Shown: piece after piece, positions 12,410-25,151 of the stretch | Layout: every line of letters begins with the position of its first letter | Position numbering within the stretch: the stretch's first letter is position 1 | The notes under the pieces: model-generated | Told to the model about the DNA's origin: nothing | Seen by the model: the letters and a program-made list of their open reading frames with translations, nothing else | The model's database searches: none | DNA from: the human T2T-CHM13v2.0 reference genome, Homo sapiens | Assembly (NCBI RefSeq): GCF_009914755.1 | Contig: NC_060945.1 | Strand: one strand, 5' to 3' | Length of the DNA stretch: 64,000 bases | Made by a program: the position numbers and the translations under genes

Positions 12410-15400
12410 AGAAGTTTCTCAAAGTGCTTCTGTTTATTTTTTTTATGAAGATATTTCCTTTTCCACTATGGGCCACAGAGCGCTCCAAATATCGACTTGC
12501 AGATTCTACAAAAAGAGTGTTTCAAAACTGCTCAATCAATAGAAAGTTTGAAGTCTGTGAGATGAATGCACACATCACAAAGGAGTTTCTAAGAATGCTT
12601 CCATCTGAATTTTATGTGAGGATATTTCCTTTTTCACCATAGGCCTCAGTACACTCCAAATATCCATTTACAGATAATACAAATGACTGTATCCAAACTG
12701 CTCAATCAAAAGAAAGTTCAACTGTGTATGATGAAGGCACACATCACAAGGCTGTTTCTCAGAAAGATTTTGTCTAGTTTTTAGGTGAAGATATTTCTTA
12801 TTTCCCCAGAGGCCTCAATGGGCTCTCAAATATTCCCTTTCATATTCTACTAAATGACTGTATCGAAGCTGCTCAATCAAAAGACGGGTTTAACAGTGTG
12901 AGACGAAAATACACCTTCCTAGGAAGTTTCTCAGAATTCTTCTTTCTAGTTTTTTATGTGAAGATATTTCCTTTTCCACTATAGGCCTCAAAGCGTTCCA
13001 AATATCCACTTGCAGATACCACAAATAGAGCGTTTCAAAACTGCTCAATCAAAAGAAAGGTTCAACTCTGTGAGATGAATGCAGACATCAAAAAGAAGTT
13101 TCTCAGAATGCTTCCGCCTAGTTTTTATGTGAAGATATTTCCTTTTTAACCATAGGCCTCAAAGCACTGGTAATATCCATTTGCAGATACTACAAAAAGA
13201 CTGTTCCCAAACTGCTCAATAAAAAGAAAGTTTCAACTCTATGAGATAAAAGCAAATATCACAAAGAAGTTTCTCAGAAACTTTCTATCTAGTTTTTATG
13301 TGAACATATTTCTTATCACCCCATAGACCTCAATCGGCTCACAAGTATCCTTCTGCAGATTGTAAAAAACTACTGTTTCCAAACCGCTCAATCACAGGAA
13401 AGGTTTAACTCTGTGAAATGAATGCATCCATCACAGAGAAGTTTCTCAGAATGCTTCCGTCTCGTTTTCATGTGAAGAAGATTCCTTTTCCACCATATTC
13501 CTCATGCGCTCCAAATAAACACTTGCAGATTCCGCTAAAAGAGTGTTTCAAAACTGCTCAACCAAAAGAAAGGTTCTAGTCGGTGAGATGAATGCACACA
13601 TCACAAAGAAGTTTCTATGAATGCTTCTGTCTGATTTATATTGAAGATATTTCCTTTTTCACCGTAGGCCTCAGAGTGCTTAAAATATCCATTTGCAGAT
13701 ACTAGAAAAGACTGTTTCCAAACTGCTCAATCAAAATAAAGTTCAACTCAGTGAGATGAATGCACACATCACCAAGACGTTTCTGAGAAAGATTCTGTCC
13801 CGTTTTTATGTGAAGATATTTCCTGTTTCCCCAGAGGCATCAATGGGCTCACAAATATTCCTTTGCATATTCTACAAAATGACTGTTTAGAAGGTGCTCA
13901 ATCAAAAAAAAAGTTCAACAGTGTGAGATGAATGCGCCCATTCAAAGGAAGTGTCTCAGAATTCTTCTATCTAGTTTTTATGTGAAGATATTTCCTTTTT
14001 CATTATAGGCCACAAAGTGCTCCAAATATCCACTTGCAGACTCTACGAAACGAGTGTATCCACACTGCTCAAACAAAAGAAAATTTCAACTGTTTGAGAT
14101 GAATGCACACATCAAAATAAATTTCTCCAAAACTTCTGCCTACTTTTTATGGGAAGATATTTCGTTTTTCAACGTAGGCCAAAAGCACTCCAAATATCAA
14201 TTTGCAGATTCTACAAAAAGACTGTTTCCAAACTGCTCAATCAACAGAAAGTTTCAACCCGGTGAGTAGAAGTCACACATGACAAAATAGTTTCTCAGAA
14301 AGTATCTGTCTAGTTTTTACGTGAAGATATTTCCTATCACCCCAGAAGCCTCAATGGGCTCACAAATATTCCTTTGCAGATTCTACAAAAAGGCAGTTTC
14401 AAAACTGCTGAATCAAAAGAAAGGTTCAACTCTGGGAGATGAATGCACAGATCACAAATAAGTTCCTCAGAATGCTGCTGCCTAGTTTTAATGGGAAGAG
14501 ATTTCCTTTTCCACCATAGGCCTCAAAGCTCTCCAAATAGCCATTTGCAGATACTGTAAAAAGACTGTTTCCAAACTGCTGAATCAAAAGAAAGGTTGAA
14601 CTCCATGAGTTGAATGCACACGTCATAAAGAAGTTTCTCAGAATGGTTCTGACTAGTTTTTATGTGAAGATATTTTCTTTTCCACCATAGGCCTCAAAGC
14701 GCTGAAAATATCCACTTGAAGATTCTACAGAAAGAGAGTTTCAAAACTGCTCAAACAAAAGAAAGATTCAACTCTGTGAGATGAATGCACACATCACAAA
14801 GAAGTTTCTCAGAATGCTTCTGTCTAGTTTTATGTAAAGATATTTCCTTTTCTACTCTAGGCCACAAAGCACTCCAAATATCAACTTGCAGATTCTGCAG
14901 AAAGAGTTTTTCAAAGCTGCTCAATCAAAAGAAAAGTTCAACTCCTTGAGATGAATGCACACATCATGAAGTTCCTCAGAATGCTTCTATTTTTATGTGA
15001 AGACATATCCTTTTCTACCATAGACCACAAAACGCTCCAAATATCCCCTTGCAGTTTCTACTAAAATAGTGTTTCCAAACGGCTCAATCAAAAGAAAGTT
15101 TCAACTTTGTGAGATGAATGCACACATCACAAAGAAGTTTCTCAGAATGCTTCTGTCTAGTTTTATGTAAAGATATTTCCTTTTCTACTATAGGCCACAA
15201 AGCACTCCAAATATCAACTTGCAGATTCTGCAGAAAGAGTTTTTCAAAGCTGCTCAATCAAAAGAAAAGTTAAACTCTTTGAGATGAATGCACACATCAT
15301 GAAGTTCCTCAGAATGCTTCTATTTTTATGTGAAGATATATCCTTTTCTACCATAGACCACAAAACGCTCCAAATATCCCCTTGCAGTTTCTACTAAAAG

Positions 15401-16656
15401 AGTGTTTCCAAACGGCTCAATCAAAAGAAAGTTTCAACTCTGTGAGATGAATGCACACAACATTAAGTAGTGTCTCAGTAATTTTCTGTCTAGTTTTTAT
15501 GTGAAGATATTTCCTTTCCTACTATAGGCCTGAAAGTGCTGCAAATATCCGTTTGCAGATACTGCAAAAAGACTGTTTCCACACTGCTCAATCAAAGGAA
15601 ATGTCCAACTCTGTGAGTTGAATGCACGCATCTCAAAGAGATTACTTCTAATGATTCTGTCTAGTTTTGATGTGAAGATATTTGCTTTTCCACCAGTGGC
15701 CTCAAACTCTCCAAATATCCACTTGCAGATTCTACAATAAGAGTGTTTCAAAACTGCTCAATCAAAGAAAGGTTCAACACTGTGAGATGAATGCACACGT
15801 CACAAAGCACTTTCTTAGAATGCTTCTGTCTAGCTTTTATGTGAAGATATTTCCTTTTTCACCATAGGCTGCAAAGCGCTCCAAATATCCCTTTCAGATT
15901 CTACAGAAAGAGTATTTCAAAACTGTTCAATCAAAAGAGAAACTCAACTCTGGTGATGAATGCACGCATCACAAAGCAGTTTCTCATAATGTTTCTGTCT
16001 AGTTTTTATGTGAAGATATTTCATTCTCCACTATAGGCCGTAATGCACTCCTAATATCCACTTGCAGATTCTACAAAAAGACTGTTTGCAAACTGCTCAA
16101 ACAAAAGAAAAGTTCAACTCTGTGAGTTGAATGAGCACATCACAAAGAAGTTTCTCAGAATGCTTCTGTCTAGTTTTTATGTGAATATATTTCCTTTTCC
16201 ACTATAGGCCATCATGCGCTCCAAATATCCACTTGCAGATTCTACAAAAAGACTGTTTCCAAACTGCTCAATCAAAAGAAAAGCTCAACTCTGTGAGTTG
16301 AATGAGCACATCACAAAGAAGTTTCTCAGAATGCTTCTATCTAGTTTTTATGTGAATATATTTCCTTTTCCACCACAGGCCACAAACCCTCCAAATATCC
16401 ACTTGAAGATTCTACAAAAAGAGTGCTTCAAAAATGCTCAATCAAAAGAAAGGTTCAACTCTTCGAGATGGACGCACACATCACAAAGAAGCTTCTCAGA
16501 ATGTTTCTGTCTAGTTTTTTTGTGAAGATATTTCCTTTTCCACCGTAGTCCTCAAGTCTCTCCAAATATCTACTTTCAGAATCTCCAAAAAGAGTGTTTT
16601 AAAACTGCTGTACCAAAGAAAGTTTCATGTCTGAGATATGACTGCATACAACACAG
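12410..16656 (-). repeat. HOR copy U4, 25-mer, haplotype A
   Basis: The spacing is 4247 bp. It carries the A markers plus ctgtcccg, cattatagg and ttacttcta. Confidence 0.93.
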
Positions 16657-19600
16657 AGAAGTTTCTCAAAGTGCTTCTGTTTATTTTTTTTATGAAGATA
16701 TTTCCTTTTCCACTATGGGCCACAGAGCGCTCCAAATATCGACTTGCAGATTCTACAAAAAGAGTGTTTCAAAACTGCTCAATCAATAGAAAGTTTGAAG
16801 TCTGTGAGATGAATGCACACATCACAAAGGAGTTTCTAAGAATGCTTCCATCTGAATTTTATGTGAGGATATTTCCTTTTTCACCATAGGCCTCAGTACA
16901 CTCCAAATATCCATTTACAGATAATACAAATGACTGTATCCAAACTGCTCAATCAAAAGAAAGTTCAACTGTGCATGATGAATGCACACATCACAAGGGT
17001 GTTTCTCAGAAAGATTTTGTCTTGTTTTTAGGTGAAGATATTTCTTATTTCCCCAGAGGCCTCAATGGGCTCTCAAATATTCCCTTTCATATTCTACTAA
17101 ATGACTGTATCGAAGCTGCTCAATCAAAAGACGGGTTTAACAGTGTGAGACGAAAATACACCTTCCTAGGAAGTTTCTCAGAATTCTTCTTTCTAGTTTT
17201 TTATGTGAAGATATTTCCTTTTCCACTATAGGCCTCAAAGCGTTCCAAATATCCACTTGCAGATACCACAAATAGAGCGTTTCAAAACTGCTCAATCAAA
17301 AGAAAGGTTCAACTCTGTGAGATGAATGCAGACATCAAAAAGAAGTTTCTCAGAATGCTTCCGCCTAGTTTTTATGTGAAGATATTTCCTTTTTAACCAT
17401 AGGCCTCAAAGCACTGGTAATATCCATTTGCAGATACTACAAAAAGACTGTTCCCAAACTGCTCAATAAAAAGAAAGTTTCAACTCTATGAGATAAAAGC
17501 AAATATCACAAAGAAGTTTCTCAGAAACTTTCTATCTAGTTTTTATGTGAACATATTTCTTATCACCCCATAGACCTCAATCGGCTCACAAGTATCCTTC
17601 TGCAGATTGTAAAAAACTACTGTTTCCAAACCGCTCAATCACAGGAAAGGTTTAACTCTGTGAAATGAATGCATCCATCACAGAGAAGTTTCTCAGAATG
17701 CTTCCGTCTCGTTTTCATGTGAAGAAGATTCCTTTTCCACCATATTCCTCATGCGCTCCAAATAAACACTTGCAGATTCCGCTAAAAGAGTGTTTCAAAA
17801 CTGCTCAACCAAAAGAAAGGTTCTAGTCGGTGAGATGAATGCACACATCACAAAGAAGTTTCTATGAATGCTTCTGTCTGATTTATATTGAAGATATTTC
17901 CTTTTTCACCGTAGGCCTCAGAGTGCTTAAAATATCCATTTGCAGATACTAGAAAAGACTGTTTCCAAACTGCTCAATCAAAATAAAGTTCAACTCAGTG
18001 AGATGAATGCACACATCACCAAGACGTTTCTGAGAAAGATTCTGTCCCGTTTTTATGTGAAGATATTTCCTGTTTCCCCAGAGGCATCAATGGGCTCACA
18101 AATATTCCTTTGCATATTCTACAAAATGACTGTTTAGAAGGTGCTCAATCAAAAAAAAAGTTCAACAGTGTGAGATGAATGCGCCCATTCAAAGGAAGTG
18201 TCTCAGAATTCTTCTATCTAGTTTTTATGTGAAGATATTTCCTTTTTCATTATAGGCCACAAAGTGCTCCAAATATCCACTTGCAGACTCTACGAAACGA
18301 GTGTATCCACACTGCTCAAACAAAAGAAAATTTCAACTGTTTGAGATGAATGCACACATCAAAATAAATTTCTCCAAAACTTCTGCCTACTTTTTATGGG
18401 AAGATATTTCGTTTTTCAACGTAGGCCAAAAGCACTCCAAATATCAATTTGCAGATTCTACAAAAAGACTGTTTCCAAACTGCTCAATCAACAGAAAGTT
18501 TCAACCCGGTGAGTAGAAGTCACACATGACAAAATAGTTTCTCAGAAAGTATCTGTCTAGTTTTTACGTGAAGATATTTCCTATCACCCCAGAAGCCTCA
18601 ATGGGCTCACAAATATTCCTTTGCAGATTCTACAAAAAGGCAGTTTCAAAACTGCTGAATCAAAAGAAAGGTTCAACTCTGGGAGATGAATGCACAGATC
18701 ACAAATAAGTTCCTCAGAATGCTGCTGCCTAGTTTTAATGGGAAGAGATTTCCTTTTCCACCATAGGCCTCAAAGCTCTCCAAATAGCCATTTGCAGATA
18801 CTGTAAAAAGACTGTTTCCAAACTGCTGAATCAAAAGAAAGGTTGAACTCCATGAGTTGAATGCACACGTCATAAAGAAGTTTCTCAGAATGGTTCTGAC
18901 TAGTTTTTATGTGAAGATATTTTCTTTTCCACCATAGGCCTCAAAGCGCTGAAAATATCCACTTGAAGATTCTACAGAAAGAGAGTTTCAAAACTGCTCA
19001 AACAAAAGAAAGATTCAACTCTGTGAGATGAATGCACACATCACAAAGAAGTTTCTCAGAATGCTTCTGTCTAGTTTTATGTAAAGATATTTCCTTTTCT
19101 ACTCTAGGCCACAAAGCACTCCAAATATCAACTTGCAGATTCTGCAGAAAGAGTTTTTCAAAGCTGCTCAATCAAAAGAAAAGTTCAACTCCTTGAGATG
19201 AATGCACACATCATGAAGTTCCTCAGAATGCTTCTATTTTTATGTGAAGACATATCCTTTTCTACCATAGACCACAAAACGCTCCAAATATCCCCTTGCA
19301 GTTTCTACTAAAATAGTGTTTCCAAACGGCTCAATCAAAAGAAAGTTTCAACTTTGTGAGATGAATGCACACATCACAAAGAAGTTTCTCAGAATGCTTC
19401 TGTCTAGTTTTATGTAAAGATATTTCCTTTTCTACTATAGGCCACAAAGCACTCCAAATATCAACTTGCAGATTCTGCAGAAAGAGTTTTTCAAAGCTGC
19501 TCAATCAAAAGAAAAGTTAAACTCTTTGAGATGAATGCACACATCATGAAGTTCCTCAGAATGCTTCTATTTTTATGTGAAGATATATCCTTTTCTACCA

Positions 19601-20903
19601 TAGACCACAAAACGCTCCAAATATCCCCTTGCAGTTTCTACTAAAAGAGTGTTTCCAAACGGCTCAATCAAAAGAAAGTTTCAACTCTGTGAGATGAATG
19701 CACACAACATTAAGTAGTGTCTCAGTAATTTTCTGTCTAGTTTTTATGTGAAGATATTTCCTTTCCTACTATAGGCCTGAAAGTGCTGCAAATATCCGTT
19801 TGCAGATACTGCAAAAAGACTGTTTCCACACTGCTCAATCAAAGGAAATGTCCAACTCTGTGAGTTGAATGCACGCATCTCAAAGAGATTACTTCTAATG
19901 ATTCTGTCTAGTTTTGATGTGAAGATATTTGCTTTTCCACCAGTGGCCTCAAACTCTCCAAATATCCACTTGCAGATTCTACAATAAGAGTGTTTCAAAA
20001 CTGCTCAATCAAAGAAAGGTTCAACACTGTGAGATGAATGCACACGTCACAAAGCACTTTCTTAGAATGCTTCTGTCTAGCTTTTATGTGAAGATATTTC
20101 CTTTTTCACCATAGGCTGCAAAGCGCTCCAAATATCCCTTTCAGATTCTACAGAAAGAGTATTTCAAAACTGTTCAATCAAAAGAGAAACTCAACTCTGG
20201 TGATGAATGCACGCATCACAAAGCAGTTTCTCATAATGTTTCTGTCTAGTTTTTATGTGAAGATATTTCATTCTCCACTATAGGCCGTAATGCACTCCTA
20301 ATATCCACTTGCAGATTCTACAAAAAGACTGTTTGCAAACTGCTCAAACAAAAGAAAAGTTCAACTCTGTGAGTTGAATGAGCACATCACAAAGAAGTTT
20401 CTCAGAATGCTTCTGTCTAGTTTTTATGTGAATATATTTCCTTTTCCACTATAGGCCATCATGCGCTCCAAATATCCACTTGCAGATTCTACAAAAAGAC
20501 TGTTTCCAAACTGCTCAATCAAAAGAAAAGCTCAACTCTGTGAGTTGAATGAGCACATCACAAAGAAGTTTCTCAGAATGCTTCTATCTAGTTTTTATGT
20601 GAATATATTTCCTTTTCCACCACAGGCCACAAACCCTCCAAATATCCACTTGAAGATTCTACAAAAAGAGTGCTTCAAAAATGCTCAATCAAAAGAAAGG
20701 TTCAACTCTTCGAGATGGACGCACACATCACAAAGAAGCTTCTCAGAATGTTTCTGTCTAGTTTTTTTGTGAAGATATTTCCTTTTCCACCGTAGTCCTC
20801 AAGTCTCTCCAAATATCTACTTTCAGAATCTCCAAAAAGAGTGTTTTAAAACTGCTGTACCAAAGAAAGTTTCATGTCTGAGATATGACTGCATACAACA
20901 CAG
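16657..20903 (-). repeat. HOR copy U5, 25-mer, haplotype A (near-twin of U4)
   Basis: The spacing is 4247 bp. It shares the U4-private variants from about 17.25 kb onward. Confidence 0.93.
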
Positions 20904-23900
20904 AGAAGTTTCTCAAAGTGCTTCTGTTTATTTTTTTTATGAAGATATTTCCTTTTCCACTATGGGCCACAGAGCGCTCCAAATATCGACTTGCAGATTC
21001 TACAAAAAGAGTGTTTCAAAACTGCTCAATCAATAGAAAGTTTGAAGTCTGTGAGATGAATGCACACATCACAAAGGAGTTTCTAAGAATGCTTCCATCT
21101 GAATTTTATGTGAGGATATTTCCTTTTTCACCATAGGCCTCAGTACACTCCAAATATCCATTTACAGATAATACAAATGACTGTATCCAAACTGCTCAAT
21201 CAAAAGAAAGTTCAACTGTGCATGATGAATGCACACATCACAAGGGTGTTTCTCAGAAAGATTTTGTCTTGTTTTTAGGTGAAGATATTTCTTATTTCCC
21301 CAGAGGCCTCAATGGGCTCTCAAATATTCCCTTTCATATTCTACTAAATGACTGTATCGAAGCTGCTCAATCAAAAGACGGGTTTAACAGTGTGAGACGA
21401 AAATACACCTTCCTAGGAAGTTTCTCAGAATTCTTCTTTCTAGTTTTTTATGTGAAGATATTTCCTTTTCCACTATAGGCCTCAAAGCGTTCCAAATATC
21501 CAATTGCAGATACTACAAATAGAGCGTTTCAAAACTGCTCAATCAAAAGAAAGGTTCAACCCTGTGAGATGAATGCAGACATCAAAAAGAAGTTTCTCAG
21601 AATGTTTCCGCCTTGTTTTTATGTGAAGATATTTCCTTTTTCACCATAGGCCTCAAAGCACTGGTAATATCCATTTGCAGATACTACAAAAAGACTGTTC
21701 CCAAACTGCTCAATAAAAAGAAAGTTTCAACTCTAGGAGATAAAAGCAAATATCACAAAGAAGTTTCTCAGAAACTTTCTATCTAGTTTTTATGTGAACA
21801 TATTTCTTATCACCCCATAGACCTCAATCGGCTCACAAGTATCCTTCTGCAGATTGTAAAAAACTACTGTTTCCAAACCGCTCAATCACAGGAAAGTTTT
21901 AACTCTGTGAAATGAATGCATCCATCACAGAGAAGTTTCTCAGAATGCTTCCGTCTCGTTTTCATGTGAAGAAGATTCCTTTTCCACCATATTCCTCATG
22001 CGCTCCAAATAAACACTTGCAGATTCCGCTAAAAGAGTGTTTCAAAACTGCTCAATCAAAAGAAAGGTTCTAGTCGGTGAGATGAATGCACACATCACAA
22101 AGAAGTTTCTATGAATGCTTCTGTCTGGTTTATATTGAAGATATTTCCTTTTTCACCGTAGGCCTCAGAGTGCTTAAAATATCCATTTGCAGATACTAGA
22201 AAAGACTGTTTCCAAACTGCTCAATCAAAATAAAGTTCAACTCAGTGAGATGAATGCACACATCACCAAGACGTTTCTGAGAAAGATTCTGTCTCGTTTT
22301 TATGTGAAGATATTTCCTGTTTCCCCAGAGGCATCAATGGGCTCACAAATATTCCTTTGCATATTCTACAAAATGACTGTTTAGAAGGTGCTCAATCAAA
22401 AAAAAAGTTCAACAGTGTGAGATGAATGCGCCCACTCAAAGGAAGTTTCTCAGAATTCTTCTATCTAGTTTTCATGTGAAGATATTTCCTTTTTCACTAT
22501 AGGCCACAAAGTGCTCCAAATATCCACTTGCAGACTCTACGAAACGAGTGTATCCACACTGCTCAATCAAAAGAAAATTTCAACTGTGTGAGATGAATGC
22601 ACACATCAAAATAAATTTCTCCAAAACTTCTGCCTACTTTTTATGGGAAGATATTTCGTTTTTCAACGTAGGCCAAAAGCACTCCAAATATCAATTTGCA
22701 GATTCTACAAAAAGACTGTTTCCAAACTGCTCAATCAACAGAAAGTTTCAACCCGGTGAGTAGAAGACACACATGACAAAATAGTTTCTCAGAAAGTATC
22801 TGTCTAGTTTTTACGTGAAGATATTTCCTATCACCCCAGAAGCCTCAATGGGCTCACAAATATTCCTTTGCAGATTCTACAAAACGACAGTTTCAAAACT
22901 GCTGAATCAAAAGAAAGGTTCAACTCTGGGAGATGAATGCACAGATCACAAATAAGTTTCTCAGAATGCTGCTGCCTAGTTTTAATGGGAAGAGATTTCC
23001 TTTTCCACCATAGGCCTCAAAGCTCTCCAAATAGCCATTTGCAGATACTGTAAAAAGACTGTTTCCAAACTGCTGAATCAAAAGAAAGGTTGAACTCCAT
23101 GAGTTGAATGCACACGTCATAAAGAAGTTTCTCAGAATGCTTCTGACTAGTTTTTATGTGAAGATATTTTCTTTTCCACCATAGGCCTCAAAGCGCTGAA
23201 AATATCCACTTGAAGATTCTACAGAAAGAGAGTTTCAAAACTGCTCAAACAAAAGAAAGATTCAACTCTGTGAGATGAATGCACACATCACAAAGAAGTT
23301 TCTCAGAATGCTTCTGTCTAGTTTTATGTAAAGATATTTCCTTTTCTACTCTAGGCCACAAAGCACTCCAAATATCAACTTGCAGATTCTGCAGAAAGAG
23401 TTATTCAAAGCTGCTCAATCAAAAGAAAAGTTCAACTCCTTGAGACGAATGCACACATCATGAAGTTCCTCAGAATGCTTCTATTTTTATGTGAAGATAT
23501 ATCCTTTTCTACCATAGACCACAAAACGCTCCAAATATCCCCTTGCAGTTTCTACTAAAAGAGTGTTTCCAAAAGGCTCAATCAAAAGAAAGTTTCAAAT
23601 CTGTGAGATGAATGCACACATCACAAAGAAGTTTCTCAGAATGCTTCTGTCTAGTTTTATGTAAAGATATTTCCTTTTCTACTATAGGCCACAAAGCACT
23701 CCAAATATCAACTTGCAGATTCTGCAGAAAGAGTTTTTCAAAGCTGCTCAGTCAAAAGACAAGTTCAACTCTTTGAGATGAATGCACACATCATGAAGTT
23801 CCTCAGAATGCTTCTATTTTTATGTGAAGATATATCCTTTTCTACCATAGACCACAAAACGCTCCAAATATCCCCTTGCAGTTTCTACTAAAAGAGTGTT

Positions 23901-25151
23901 TCCAAACGGCTCAATCAAAAGAAAGTTTCAACTCTGTGAGATGAATGCACACATCATTAAGAAGTGTCTCAGTAATTTTCTGTCTAGTTTTTATGTGAAG
24001 ATATTTCCTTTCCTACTATAGGCCTGAAAGTGCTGCAAATATCCGTTTGCAGATACTGCAAAAAGACTGTTTCCACACTGCTCAATCAAAGGAAATGTCC
24101 AACTCTGTGAGTTGAATGCACGCATCTCAAAGAGATTACTTATAATGATTCTGTCTGGTTTTGATGTGAAGATATTTGCTTTTCCACCAGTGGCCTCAAA
24201 CTCTCCAAATATCCACTTGCAGATTCTACAATAAGAGTGTTTCAAAACTGCTCAATCAAAAGAAAGGTTCAACACTGTGAGATGAATGCACACGTCACAA
24301 AGCACTTTCTTAGAATGCTTCTGTCTAGCTTTTATGTGAAGATATTTCCTTTTTCACCATAGGCTGCAAAGCGCTCCAAATATCCCTTTCAGATTCTACA
24401 GAAAGAGTATTTCAAAACTGTTCAATCAAAAGAGAAACTCAACTCTGGTGATGAATGCACGCATCACAAAGCAGTTTCTCATAATGTTTCTGTCTAGTTT
24501 TTATGTGAAGATATTTCATTCTCCACTATAGGCCGTAATGCACTCCTAATATCCACTTGCAGATTCTACAAAAAGACTGTTTGCAAACTGCTCAAACAAA
24601 AGAAAAGTTCAACTCTGTGAGTTGAATGAGCACATCACAAAGAAGTTTCTCAGAATGCTTCTGTCTAGTTTTTATGTGAATATATTTCCTTTTCCACTAT
24701 AGGCCGTCATGCGCTCCAAATATCCACTTGCAGATTCTACAAAAAGACTGTTTCCAAACTGCTCAATCAAAAGAAAAGCTCAACTCTGTGAGTTGAATGA
24801 GCACATCACAAAGAAGTTTCTCAGAATGCTTCTATCTAGTTTTTATGTGAATATATTTCCTTTTCCACCACAGGCCACAAACCCTCCAAATATCCACTTG
24901 AAGATTCTACAAAAAGAGTGCTTCAAAAATACTCAATCAAAAGAAAGGTTCAACTCTTCGAGATGGACGCACACATCACAAAGAAGCTTCTCAGAATGTT
25001 TCTGTCTAGTTTTTTTGTGAAGATATTTCCTTTTCCACTGAAGTCCTCAAGTCTCTCCAACTATCTACTTTCAGAATCTCCAAAAAGAGTGTTTTAAATC
25101 TGCTGTACCAAAGAAAGTTTCATGTCTGAGATATGACTGCATACAACACAG
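20904..25151 (-). repeat. HOR copy U6, 25-mer, haplotype B
   Basis: The spacing is 4248 bp and it carries the same B markers as U2. Confidence 0.93.

Noticed and set aside
13796-13812. New tcccgttt motif in U4 and U5 resembling half of a CENP-B box
   Set aside because: It is in the wrong position within the monomer and has no downstream CGAA half.
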